Below, in pieces: positions 37,101-49,487 of a stretch of DNA of 64,000 nucleotides (position 1 is the first letter of the stretch; the number at the start of each line of letters is the position of its first letter). A model generated the notes under the pieces. That model did not search any database and was not told the origin of the DNA. It saw nothing but the letters and a program-made list of their open reading frames with translations. The position numbers were made by a program, and so were the translations under genes. The stretch is taken from NCBI RefSeq assembly GCF_018350175.1, contig NC_058368.1, forward strand, positions 199,208,001 through 199,272,000, written 5' to 3'. The DNA is from Felis catus. Lineage: Eukaryota.

Positions 37101-37878
37101 AAAATTAAATTTTGCTTACTGAGTGATAAAAGAATGTACAATTGGAGGAAAAGTAGTTAAGAAAGATACCCACACATTTGATAATGGTAAACCAGATAAA
37201 AAATGAGAAGTATGCTTACACTATTACACATTTTTATAAGTCTTAGAGACTTTACAAAGTGTATGCTATTTTACAATATAGGTATAAACAAGAAGTTGTA
37301 TCTAAAGTAACAGCACACATTGAAAAATTTTACAAGTGACAGTTACCAAAATTCTATCTGCTACTGATTAACAGAGTATTATTTGTTGCTAGTTGTAACC
37401 TCTCAGGCATAATGTAGAAATGCAATCTGTGTGTACATATATACATATAATAACAATACAACAACTGGTCCCATAAAAACCCAATATACTTAATTTTAGG
37501 TACCACCTGGTGTCTTACAATTTAAACAGGAGTGTAGCTGAGAAAATAAAAATTACATATTCATTCATATGTATACTCAATTTGTATTTGTTAAATTAAA
37601 ATGTTCTGATTGCTACTTATAAACACCACAGAAATGAAGCCTTTTGCCATTTTAACCTCTTAATATCTTTATATGACTTAATATTTGTGTATTACACTTA
37701 ACACAAATTGTCTTCATCTTTTTGTGATGAAAATTTCTTCTTAAAATTTACACACAATCTAGAAATTTAAATTCAAATCATTTTCCTAGAAGAACCCAGA
37801 ACACGATACTGAAAAGCTGTTATACAAAAATAACCCTGAAGGCAGAATCACAGCCATTGTACAGTAGAAAATTCTTAC

Positions 37879-37957
37879 CAATTTTTCATCAACTGTTATG
37901 AGCTGTGCGTCTCGAGCTGGGTCCTGTGCCAGCCTCCATGTGGAAGTGCTTAATGAC
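37879..37957 (-). CDS. NDUFS4: NDUFS4 exon 2 (79 nt): end of the mitochondrial presequence and the mature N-terminus
   Basis: Translates (R)[26 protein letters not shown] versus human [27 protein letters not shown]. Acceptor ctgcag|G, donor TTG|gtaaga. Joins exon 3 in frame (EKL|DIT). Confidence 0.97.
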
Positions 37958-39213
37958 CTGCAGTGCAAGACTTTAAGTTAAAAAATGATCCATGCAATGA
38001 GAAAAGAGAGGCACAAAAATCTTACATAAACAAGCTACTAACAATATCTATCTTACAAAACAAAAAGAACAGAAAGAAAGAGAAGGCACAAAAATCCTTT
38101 CCTCCCCAATTAGTTCTATCTGCTGAGTTTCTGGCAGACTCACTTAGGAGTTCACAACAGGCTGCACTTTATGTCAGTCTATAGACTCTCTGTCACAGAA
38201 AGGCTGTCAGTGACAAGTACTGAACACTGTGAGTCTACAGTAGCTGGTTTGTCACTACCAGGAAGAAAAGTGCAAAGCTGTATCAACTCTTCTGGAATAC
38301 TGATTCTTAAATGATGGCATCAGAAAGAAAAAGAAAAATCTCAATCATATTCTTAATGGCCTAAAGTAACTGTAAAATTATATCATGTTAACAAATAAAA
38401 AGTTTCTTCATTTTAATTTCAAAACAAAAGTAATTTAAATAGAAATGATTTGTATGATCATGTTAACTAACAGTTTGGTTTATTAGTTAACTAGTTATTA
38501 GTCTAGTCCCATATCCCATTCACAGAACTGAAGAAAGTCTAAATAGTTAAAATAGAAATATTAACTCAGAAATATAATGGGCACCAAATCTAATTCCTTT
38601 ATATTAGCATCATCCCAACCTCACCTGAAATAAATTACTTAAAACTAACAGGTTTTTTTAATTTCATGTACACACTGTAGTTTATACTAATGAATGTCAG
38701 AGCTGTCACTGTGACAAGTTAGCATTTGAGATTTTTCCAAAATGTTAAGCCAACCAATGTAGATTTCTTTTTCGAAAGTTAGCACCTACAATTGTGACTC
38801 AAACTTCAAAACCAATAGAATATACAGTATTGAGTTCTTTCTGTTTTAAATAAAGTATAATCACCATAATTCTGACACAACATAAATACTAATTCCTGAT
38901 GCAAAACTTCATGTTCAACTTTCAACAGCTATGGTATACACAGCTTTATAGAAAATCCACCTACTGATAGCATAGTTATTAACTGATAATACAGAAGATT
39001 TTTTTACTTTATGAACATATACTTTTTTAAATGTCAGTTATTTCCCAAAATTAATAATTAGCTATTACTTTAAATACCCTGCTCAGAAATACATATTCAC
39101 GAAATACATCTAAATGGAAATTATTTTACGTTTTTATACAAATAGTTAAAATATATGTTCTGGTTGTTAAATTAAAGTAGTATAATTAGCACTTTCAAAA
39201 ATCTATTTACTCT

Positions 39214-39377
39214 GGGGGCAGGGGGAACAGCTGGGACTGGATTTCAGCTCAGGTCATGATCTCATGGTCATAAGATCTAGCCCCGCTGGGTGTGGAGCCT
39301 GACTGGGATTCTCTCTTTCCCTCTCTATCTGCCCCTCCCCTGTATGCAACTCTCTCTCTCTCAAGGAAAAAAAAAAA
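39214..39377 (+). mobile_element. CAN-SINE (degenerate head)
   Basis: Exact TSD aaaatctatttactctgg. Confidence 0.88.
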
Positions 39378-39472
39378 TCTATTTACTCTGGAAATCAGTA
39401 AGAGAATAACATGACAATAAAAACATTCTGAATCCTTTTAACTAAATCTATATATTGTAAGAAAAAAATTAA

Positions 39473-39535
39473 GGGCACCCAGGTGGCTCAGTCAGTTAAG
39501 CACCCAACTCCTTGATTTCAGCTCAAGTCATGATC
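39473..39535 (+). mobile_element. CAN-SINE head only
   Basis: gggcacccaggtggctcagtcagttaagc...gtcatgatc, abruptly joined to L1. Confidence 0.85.
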
Positions 39536-40200
39536 ATTAATTTTAATAAAGTCCAGCTCATCTATTTTTTCTTTCATGGATTTTGCTTTTAGTGCTGTAT
39601 TTAAAAACTCAAAAGCAAACCAAGGTACCTAGAGTTTTATGTTATCTTCTAGAAGCTTGATAGTTATGTTTCTTCCATGTAGGTCTATGATCCATTTGAG
39701 TTAATTTTTGTGAATGGTGTAAGGTCAGTGGGTAGGTAGATTATGTGGACATGTTGCAGTTCCACTTAATAAAAAGATTATTTTTTCCTTTGGATTGTCT
39801 TTGCTCCTATCTCAAAGATCAGTAATCTATTTGTGTTGAAATGTTGAAATTTGTGTTATCAATTCTATCCATTGATCTATTGGTCTATTCTTCACCAGTT
39901 CCACACTGTCTTGATCACTAAAGTCAGGATCAGACCTATAACTTTGTTATTCTTCTTCACTATTACACTGAATATTTGAGGTCTTTTGTCTTTCTATATA
40001 AGCTTAGAATCAGTTTCTTGACATTCACAATACAGCTTGCTGAGGTTTTGATTGGGATTGTGCTGAATCCACCAATTAAGTTGGGAAGAACTGGCATCTT
40101 AACATTATTGAGTCTTCCTGTCCATATATATTTACTAGGATCTTTGATTTCTTTGGTTGGAGTTTTGTAATTTTCCTGACATAGATCTTGCAAATACTGT
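39536..40200 (-). mobile_element. L1 ORF2 fragment
   Basis: taggtctatgatccatttgagttaatttttgtg; ttgggaagaactggcatcttaacattattgagtcttcc. Confidence 0.88.
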
Positions 40201-40380
40201 TTTTATTACTTTAAAATATACTCTTCAACAAGCCTTAATGGTGAAAAGATAAAAAGAAACCAGTTGCACTGGAAAATATCTAAATAAGAATAAACATTAC
40301 TGATTCAAAGTACTAACACTATTCTCCCTTTGAAACAAATTAACTTTATCAACTAAGAACAGTAAAATTCCCATAACCCT

Positions 40381-41098
40381 TGTAGCACTTTGAAAACATG
40401 GCTCCATGAGGTGCCTGGGTGGCTCAGTGGGTTAAGCATCAGACACTTGATTTTGGCTAAAGTCATGCTCTCATGGCTCTTGGGATAGAGCCCCAGTTGG
40501 TTAGCACAGAGCCTCCCTGGGATTTTCTCTCTCTCCCCCTCTGTCTCTTCCCAGCTCGTGTGTGCACATACAAGCTCTCTCTCAAAATAAATAAATGAAC
40601 GAACGAATGAATGAACGAACGAAAGACAACACGACTCCAAATTTCTTTGACTCTCCTCCCTCCCACCAAGAGCTGCAGGTTCCCTATTCCTAGAATCTGA
40701 ACCCTGTGACTGCTTGATCAATATAATACAGAAGTGAAAATATGTGTGTTTCCAGACCCAGGCCTTAAAAAACTAGTAGTTTTCATTTCCTGTCTCTTAG
40801 AACATGGCTTCTTGGGATATTCACTCTTGGAACCCACCCACCATGTTGTAAGGAAGTCCAAGGTGCCCACAGAGAGATCCACGTCAGGAAAAATCAATAA
40901 TCAATGTCACTTTGCCAGCTATGTGAATGATCCTCTAGCCCAATTTGAGAATCCTAGCAGACACCACATGGAACACAGACAAACATGCCTGCCAAACCCT
41001 GCCTAAAATGCAGATTTGTGAGCAAAACAAATGACTGTTTTTGTTTTAAGCAACTGAGTATTGGGTTACTTTGTGTCCAACTATAGAGAATGAAAACA
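40381..41098 (+). mobile_element. MaLR LTR (MLT1H-like), interrupted by a SINE
   Basis: TG...CA with 5-bp flanks accct/tccct; cactcttggaacccacccaccatgttgtaaggaag; gcagatttgtgagcaaaa. Confidence 0.82.
40410..40625 (+). mobile_element. CAN-SINE within the LTR
   Basis: Full element with a (GAAY)n tail. Confidence 0.92.
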
Positions 41099-42329
41099 TC
41101 CCTACAAATAATTGAAGATGATGTTATAAACATTAAAATTGAACCAGTAACTTCAAAAGATCAGAAATGATCTGTTCAACTTCTAGACAAAGTTAAATTC
41201 TTAATCTTATAGAAATTATTAAGGAATCAAATCCTTAACCTTCTGAATAAACCAATTTTTAATTGTCAATTTACTGGAAATTGAATTAATCCAAATTCAC
41301 ATTAAATCAGAAAGTGTTTAGTTCCATAAAGAAGTATTAAATCGTTAAGAAAATGTTACTAAGAATTCTAACTGAAACATTAAAATAAAAATGTGTACAC
41401 ATTTTCTATGTCACAATAATTATCTCAGATTTCAAATATGTTGGCATTTGGGTCAATCACCTTCAAGTTAATGATCTTGAAGCTTTTCAAGATCTTGAAT
41501 CAATAGCGAAAACTTAAACTGTCATCATATTGTACTCACTAGACAGAAGCAAGCAAGAACTAACTGTTAATGGAAAAAATAAAGATGAAGGGTCAAGTGA
41601 CCATTTTAATATTCTCGGAAAACATGTGGAGTGAAAGGAAAATCAAGGATACTACAAATGCTCTGATTAAGTTCAGTGGAAGTAACAGTGAAAATAGTTT
41701 ATAATCTACTCATAAATAAGTTCCTCGATTCTAATTCAGATTTGTCACAAAATTTCCAATCTTTACCTACAGGACTTAATATTATCTTAAAGTGTTCCAC
41801 TGGTCAGGTGAGCAAAAATTAATAATCTCCTTCTCCTGCTTACAGTTATCTTTCTTCCCCATTCTTCTAAGTCAGGTGGAACTTGGAGCACAGACTAATA
41901 GCAGTTGTGCCTCTGGACACAACTCAAGCCAAAAACTCAAACTAATCCTTTGAGAGTCATCTAACAGATGAAGGAAAGATTTGTGCAAGAAGGATAAGGG
42001 TAATTATGCTTACATAACAGACTTTGGAATGAAACTGAGGAGTAAAAGGAGAATGTAGGCAAGGTTTTGGAGGATGATAATGAAGAAACTGGAGGGCATG
42101 ATAGAAAATGTAAAAAGAAATAAATATACCCAAGTTTATAACAACAGGTTATCAAAATAAATATAAATGAGGTGAAAATAAAGAGAGTAAAAAACATAGA
42201 TGTCATAGTGATAAAAGTAATTATATTACAAAACACAATTAATATATGAAAAGTTCACATTTAAGAAGGTCAAATCCTTGAGCTATACTGGCCAATAAAG
42301 AGTAATTCTACTGGTTTAAAATGCATTAA

Positions 42330-42827
42330 AGGAAGAAATTTAGTTGCTGTACTTTAGAATGTCTTATAAATAATTGGAAGCAAATTCACCATAAAGATGT
42401 CAATTATTAATCTACAAGTTAAATATAATAATTCTAACTGAATTTTTATGTAATTAGATGATTCTCATTGGGAAGAAACAATTCACAAAAATAACTAAGA
42501 ATGTTTTGAAAAACAACTAGGAGGTAGGATATGCCTTGCCAACTAATATGCTACAGTAATTAAAATATGGTAGTAGCACAGGCACAGACACGTATCATAT
42601 AAACAGTACAGATCAGAGTACAAAAACAGATAATATAGATTTGTAAATCTATTATACAATTAAAGTGCAATTTCATATTAGTGGTTAAAGGATGGATTAT
42701 TTAATAAATATTACTGAAACAACTGGCTAGCCTTTCACGGAAGAAAAATGTTTGAATCCTGTATAGTTAAATCATCTACCAAAGAATTCCAAATGGATTC
42801 TGTCTCCGTGTCCCTCCCTCCCTCCCT

Positions 42828-42910
<83 letters not shown>

Positions 42911-43140
42911 GGATATAAATTACTGAAATCAAATATACTGGATGGAAAAGTTTTCTTAACTAATACACATGGCACAGTACCTACAAACCATGAAAAGAAA
43001 AATAACTTCAGAACAACAGAAGGTACTATGAACTAAAATAAAGGAAATATCAGAAATAATAAATACAACATACAAAGCAGATAAAACACTAATATCTAGA
43101 ATATATAAAGGACTCTTAGAAAACAAGGCAAAAACCACCC
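42330..43140 (+). mobile_element. Ancient L1 ORF2 fragment
   Basis: gctacagtaattaaaatatggtagtagcac; ggatggattatttaataaat. Confidence 0.7.
42811..42905. repeat. Compound (CCCT)n(CT)n(CA)n microsatellite
   Basis: Read directly from the sequence. Confidence 0.97.
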
Positions 43141-43348
43141 CTCAAAAAAAGAGAAAGAAAGCAGAAAAAATATACATGGTAGATATTAACACTAACTGTA
43201 TCAATAATCACTTTAGGAATGGTATAAATATACCAAGTGAAAGAGGAAATGTGACAGAGTGGATTAAAAAAACCAAGAACCAACTATATGTTGCCTAAGG
43301 GAAACCCATTTTAAATACAGAGACACAGATTAAAAGTAAAGAGATGGA

Positions 43349-43545
43349 TGGGGCACCTGAGTGGCTCAATCGGATAAGCATCCAACTCTTGATTTTGGCT
43401 CAGGTCATGATCCAAGGGTTCATGGGATCAAGCCCTGAGTCAGGCTCTGTGCTGACAGGACGGAGTCTTCTTGGGATTCTCTCTCTCTCCCCCCTCCCAC
43501 CTTCTGCCCCTCCCCTGCTCTCTTTGTCTCAAAATAAATAAATAT
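43349..43545 (+). mobile_element. CAN-SINE
   Basis: TSD aagagatgga. Confidence 0.93.
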
Positions 43546-43666
43546 ATTTCTTAAGTTGAAGAGATGGAGAAAGACATACCATGCTAACAGTAATCAAATC
43601 TTACTGCAATAGCAATATTAATCTCAGACAAACTAGACTTCAGAACAAGGAAAATTATCAGGAATA

Positions 43667-43757
43667 GGGGCATGTGGCTGACTTAATTGGTAAAGACTCT
43701 TGATCTCAGGGTCATGAGTTGAGCCTCACATGGAGTGTAGAGATTACTTTAAAAAAA
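43667..43757 (+). mobile_element. Short tRNA-Lys-derived SINE (SINEC_old-like)
   Basis: actcttgatctcagggtcatgagtt...gtgtagagattactt; TSD aaaattatcaggaata. Confidence 0.85.
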
Positions 43758-44700
43758 TTATCAGGAATAAAAAGGGGTATTATATCATAAGAAAGGGTCA
43801 ATTTTCTAAGACGACATTAACATTCCTTAAAGTATATATGCCTAAGAGCATATCAAAACATATGCTGCAAAAATCCAAAGAGCTACAAGGAGAAACAGAC
43901 AAATTCCTTATTGTAGTTGGAAACTTCAACACTCTTCTAACAGTAACTGACAGAGCCAGCCAGCAGAATATCAGTAAGGATACAGTTGAACTGAAGAGCA
44001 CCATCAATCAAATGGATTTAATTGACATTTACAGAATACTTCATCCAACAACAGCAGCATACACATCCTTCTAAGCTCACATGGAACATTCACCAAGATA
44101 GGCCACATTCTGAGCCATAAAACACACCTTAACAAATTTAAAAGAGAAATCACACCATGTATGCCAGTAGTCAAAAAAGGAGTTAAACTAGAAACCAATA
44201 ACAGAAAACTGGAAAATCCTCATTATTTGGAGATTAAATAATACACCTCTAAATAAATTATGGGTCAAAGAAGTCTCAGAGAAATTTTAAAATATTTTGA
44301 ACTAAATGAAAATGAAAATACAGCTTTTCAAAATCTGTGGGATGCAGCAAATGGGGTGTTTAGAAACTTACAACATTGAACACATACATTACAAAAAAGT
44401 CAAAATTCCATAATCCAAGTTTTTAAGAAAAAGAACTAGAAAAGTGCAATATAAAACTAAGGCAAACAGAAGAAAAAATAATAAAAATTACAGCAGAAAT
44501 CAATGAAATTATAAACAGGAAGTTGGTTAAAAAAAAAAATCAACAAAACCAAAACCTGTTCTTTGAAAAGATCAGAGGAACTGATAAGTCTCTGGCCAGG
44601 CTAACCAAGAAAAAAGAGAGAAGACAAAAGTTACCAGTATCAAAAACAAAAGGTGTCATCACTATTGACACCACAGATATTAAAGAGACCATAAAAAATA

Positions 44701-45150
44701 GGGGCGCCTGGATGGCTCAGTTGGTTAAGTGTCCAACTTCGGCTCAGGTCATGATCTCACAGTTCATGGGTTGAGCCCCATGCCAGGCTCTGTGCTGATA
44801 GCTCAGAGCCTAGGGCCTGCTTCTGATTTTGTGTCTCCCTCTCTCTCTGCTCCTCCCCCACTCATGCTCCGTGTGTCTGTCTGTCTCTCTCTCTGTCTCA
44901 AAAATAAACATTAGGGGCACCTGGGTGGCTTAGTCGGTTAAGTATCCGACTTCGGCTCAGGCCAGGATCTCGTGGTTCGTGAGTTCAAGCCCTGCATCAG
45001 GCTCTGTGCTGATGGCTCAGAGCCTGGAGCCTGTTTCAGATTCTGTCTCCCTCTCTCTCTGCCCCTCCCCCATTCATGCTGTCTCTCTCTGTTTCAAAAA
45101 TAAATAAACGTTAAAAAATTTTTTAAAAAAATAATAAAAAATTAAAAAAA
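44701..45150 (+). mobile_element. Two CAN-SINEs; the second (44914-45150) is inserted in the tail of the first (44701-44912)
   Basis: Inner TSD aaaaataaacatta. Confidence 0.94.
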
Positions 45151-46457
45151 TAAACATTAAAAAATTAAAAATAAATAAAGGGATAATAAAAAATATTATA
45201 AATACCTCTGTGTCCAAAAATGTAATAACTTAGATGAAATAAACTAATTATTTGAAAAACACAAACTACTAAAACTCACACAAGGAGACATAACCTGACT
45301 AGGCCTATAGCTGTTAAAGAAATTGAATCAGTAATTAATGACATTCCAAAAAAAAAAAAGCAAAGACCAGGCCTAGACAGTGCTATTCTCTACAACCTTT
45401 TCCAGAAAACAAAAGCAAGGGAACATGTTTTAACTTATTCTATGAGATCACCAACTTAATACCAACACAAAGGGGGAAAGACACACACACACACACATTA
45501 AAAAAAGGAAAACTATAGACCATGATCTCTTATGAACACATATGCAAAAATCCTCAACAAAATATTCACACACTGAATCCAACAATGTATAAAAAGATTT
45601 ATACATCATGACCAAATGGAATTTATTCCAGGTATGCAAGACTGGATCAGTATTTGAAAATCAACTGATGTAATCCAGTACATCAACATGCTAAAAAAGA
45701 AAAATCATGTGATCATACTGTCACATAAAAGACATCTGACAAAATCCAACACCCATGCATACTACAAACTCTCATCAAACTAGGAACAGAGGGGGAACTT
45801 CCAAAACTCATAAAGAACACATACATGAAATCTACAACTAACATACTTAAAGGTAACTATTCCCAAGACTGGGAAAAAGGCAGGATATCCCCTCTCGCTA
45901 CTCCTATTTAACACTGGATTGGAAGTCTTAGCTAATGGCAATAAGACAAGAAAATGAAATAGTAAGTATTCATACTGGGATACAAAATATAACACTGTCC
46001 TAGTTTACAGAGGATTGTCTATAAAGAAAAATCCCAAAGAATTATCAAAAAACAACCTAGAGCTAAAAAGTAATTAAATAGCAATTTGTGGGATATGCTA
46101 AATACATAAAACCAACTGCCTTCTTATACAACTAGCAATGAATAACTGGAATTTGATATTTAAAATGCAATACATTTGCATTAGCATCAAAAAATAAATA
46201 TTTAGGGGTAAATCTAACAAAATACATATAAGATCTATATGAATAAAACCAGAAAACTGACAAAAGATCACAACATATCTAAATAAATGAAGGTACATTC
46301 CATGTTCATGGATAGGAAGACTCAATACTGTTAAGGCATCAATTCTCCCCAACTTGATTTACACATCCAACACAACAAATCAAAATTCCATCAAGTTATT
46401 TCATGGATATTGGCAAGCGAATTCTAAATTCATGTGGAAAGAAAGACAAAAGACACA

Positions 46458-46690
46458 GGACACCTGGATGACTTAGTCGGTTAAGCATCTGACTTCGGCT
46501 CAGGTCATGATCTCATGACTTGTGGGTTCGAGCCCATGTCAGGCTCTGTGCTGACAGCTCTGAACCTGAAGCCTGCTTTGGATTCTATGTATCCCTCTCT
46601 TTCTCTCTGCTCTCCCCCACTCGTGCTCACATGCACAAACACGCTCTCTCTCTCTCAAAAATAAACATTTTTTAAAAATCCTTTTTTAAA
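46458..46690 (+). mobile_element. CAN-SINE
   Basis: TSD aaaagaaagacaaaagac. Confidence 0.93.
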
Positions 46691-47260
46691 AAGAAAGACA
46701 AAAGACCCCAAATAGTCCACATAATACTGAAAAAGAATAACAAAGTAAGAGGACTAAACACTGATTTCAGATTCATTACACACATGACTAATCAAGATAG
46801 CATGGCACTGGCAGAAGAATAAGCAAATAGATCAATAGAACATACCAATAAGTAGCCCAGAAATAGACTACTCTAATATAATCAACCAATCTTTGAGATA
46901 GGAGCAAGGACAATCCAATGGAAAAAAGGTAATCTTTCTATTAAGTGGAACTGCAACATATCCACATACAGAAAAAGTTATCCACCCACTAACCTTACAC
47001 TGTTCACAAAAATTAACTGAAACTGGATCATAGACCTAAATGGAAGCAGCAAAACTATCAAGCTTCTAGAAGTTAACATAGAACTCTAGGCACCTTGGTT
47101 TGCTTTTGAGTTTTTAGATACAGCACTAAAAGCAAAATCCATGAAAGGTCAACTGGTAAACTGTGGAGCCATACAACGGAATAGAATTCAGTAAGAAAAA
47201 GAAATTGGCTGGAGAAAGTATTTGCAAATTACATATCTGACAAGGGATATCCAGAATATA

Positions 47261-47400
47261 GGGGCACCTGGGTGGCTTAGTCGGTTAAGCGATCAACTTT
47301 GGCTCAGGTCGTGATCTCAAAGTTCGTGGGTTTAAGCACAGAGCCTGTTTCAGCTCCTCTGTCTCTCTCTGCCTCTCTCTCTCAAAAATAAACATTTAAA
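47261..47400 (+). mobile_element. CAN-SINE (internally deleted)
   Basis: Head and tail present, middle shortened. Confidence 0.85.
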
Positions 47401-47554
47401 ATATTTTTTTTAAATGAGAAAATGACTTAACAGACATTTCTCAAAGGGAGATACACAAAAGGCCAATAAACATATGAACCACTGTTCAACACATCACTAA
47501 TTATCAGGGAAATGCAAGTCAAAACCAAAAGATACATCATACTCATTAGAAAGG

Positions 47555-47636
47555 GGAAGGAAGGAAGGAAGGAAGGAAGGAAGGAAGGAAGGAAGAAAGG
47601 AAGGAAGGAAGGAAGGAAGGAAGGAGGGAGGAAGGA
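47555..47636. repeat. (GGAA)n tetranucleotide microsatellite inside L1
   Basis: Read directly from the sequence. Confidence 0.96.
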
Positions 47637-47920
47637 GCAAGTGCTAGCAAGGATGTGGAGAAAATGGAACCACTGGTGGGAATGTACAATAGTGTAGATG
47701 CTATGGAAAACAGTATGACAATTCATAAAAAAAAAAAAAATTAGAAATACAATTACCAAATGATCTAGCAATTCTACTTCTGGATATATATTTAGAAGAA
47801 CTGAAAGCAGGATCTGACTAGATATTTGTTCACCAATGTTTAGAGCAGCGTTATTCACATTAGCCAAAAGGCAGAAGAAACCCACACATGGGATGAATGG
47901 ATTAAAAATAATTTAGTGTA

Positions 47921-47981
47921 GGGGTGCCTAGGTGGCTTAGTTGGTTAAGTGTCCAACTCTTTTCTTTTTTAAATGTTTATT

Positions 47982-48033
<52 letters not shown>

Positions 48034-48380
48034 AGAGAGAGAATGAGTGGGGGAGGGGCGAAGAGAAAGGAAGACACAGAATGTGAAATAGGCTTCAGGC
48101 TCTGAGCTGTCAGCACAGAGCCTGACGTGGGGCTCAAACCCACAAACCGTGAGATCATGATCTAAGCCAAAGTCAGACGTTTAACCAACTGAGCTGCCCA
48201 GGCACCCCTTAAGTGTCCAACTCTTGATTTCAGCTCAGGTCATGATCTCATGGTTAGCCCCCCCACTGGGCTCTGTGCTGACAGGACAGAGCCTGCTTGG
48301 GATTCTCTCTCTCCCTCTTTCTCTGCCCTTCCCCTGCGCACATGCTCACTCTCACTCTCATAAAGTAAATATTAAAAAAA
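47921..48380 (+). mobile_element. CAN-SINE (host), split by an antisense SINE
   Basis: Outer TSD aaaaataatttagtgta/aaaaataatttagtata. Confidence 0.92.
47962..48208 (-). mobile_element. CAN-SINE nested in a SINE, with long (GA)n
   Basis: Exact 17-bp TSD ttaagtgtccaactctt at 47945-47961 and 48209-48225. Confidence 0.96.
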
Positions 48381-48944
48381 TAATTTAGTATATACATACA
48401 ACAAAATACTCTTAAAAAGAAAGGATATTCTGACACATGCTACAACACAGAGGAACCCTGAAGAAAGGGTTATATCACATGCTAGGTGATATAAGCCAGT
48501 CACAAAAGGACAGTGTATGATTCCACTCGATATGAAGTACGTAGAGTAGTGAAATTCATAAAAACAAAAAGTAGAATGGTGGCTGCCAGGGACTGGGAGG
48601 AGAGGAGAATTGATAGTTATTGTTTAATGGGTATAGAGTTTTAGTTTTAGAAGTTGAAAAAGGGTTCTGGAGGTGACGGTAGTGATGGTTACACAAAAAT
48701 ATGAATTTACTTATGTCACTGAACTACACTTAAAAATGGTTAAAATGGTAAATTTTGTATTATGTAAATTTTACAATTTTTAAAAATATACGCCTTGTAA
48801 AGAAACTGTTTACCTTGTTTACACCACTAATAAAGAGGAATACACCCATACAAGTTTGTCAAAGCTACTGATTTATAGCTTTGCCTAGAGAAAGCTTCTT
48901 CACGTATGTACGTAGGTCTATATATAATCAATGTCTTCACACAT

Positions 48945-48969
48945 TTTTATTTAAGTTTTTATTTATTAT

Positions 48970-49012
<43 letters not shown>

Positions 49013-49166
49013 AGGGAAAGGACAGAGAGAGAGGGAGAGGCAGAGAGTTCCAAGCAGCCTCCCCAGCACAGAGTCTGATGTAGGGCTCGAACTCATGAAC
49101 TGTGATCATGATCTGAGCCGAAACCTAGAGCTGGATGTTCAACTGACTGAGCCACCCAGGCACACC
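48945..49166 (-). mobile_element. CAN-SINE
   Basis: TSD tcttcaca; (GA)n linker. Confidence 0.92.
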
Positions 49167-49278
49167 AATCTCTTCACAAATTTTCAGAAGATCAAATTGA
49201 AGATGTTGAACTTCAATATGATTACTCATCTGTACTGCCTCAGGTAGCATATTTTCCAAAAAAATATGCATGTCTGGA

Positions 49279-49487
49279 GGTGCCTGGGTGGCTCAGCTGG
49301 TTAAGCGTTCAACTTCAGCTCAGGTCATGGTCTCGCGGTGAGTTCGAGTCCCACCTTGGGCACTGTGCTGACAGCTGGGAGTCTGGAGCCTGCTTCAGGT
49401 TCTGTGTCTCCTCCTCTCTCTCTGCCCCTCCCCTGCTCATGCTCTGTCTCTCAATAACAAACATTAAAAATTTTTTCAAAAAAAAAT
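49279..49487 (+). mobile_element. CAN-SINE
   Basis: TSD aaaaaatatgcatgtc. Confidence 0.94.

Larger units (their letters stand above)
1049..37878 (-). other. NDUFS4: NDUFS4 intron 2 (36,830 nt, GT-AG, phase 0)
   Basis: Bounded by the exon 2 donor and the exon 3 acceptor. No other NDUFS4-like coding sequence is needed between them. Confidence 0.93.
43170..48787 (+). mobile_element. Long L1 block (ORF2 EN and RT regions, then an ORF2 end plus L1MB-like 3' UTR from ~47208); probably two elements, many SINE insertions
   Basis: EN-domain ORF remnant 43730-44074 (VGNFNTLL...MDLIDIYRILHP); gcaaaaatcctcaacaaaatatt; 3' UTR tacacttaaaaatggttaaaatggtaaatttt. Confidence 0.92.

Noticed and set aside
37786..37968. 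60-aa ORF as a stand-alone small gene
   Set aside because: It is exon 2 read through both splice sites; similarity to NDUFS4 stops exactly at the AG and GT.
43730..44074. 114-aa ORF with endonuclease-like motifs as an active gene
   Set aside because: Remnant of the L1 ORF2 EN domain starting inside a SINE; the surrounding ORF2 is broken by stops and insertions.
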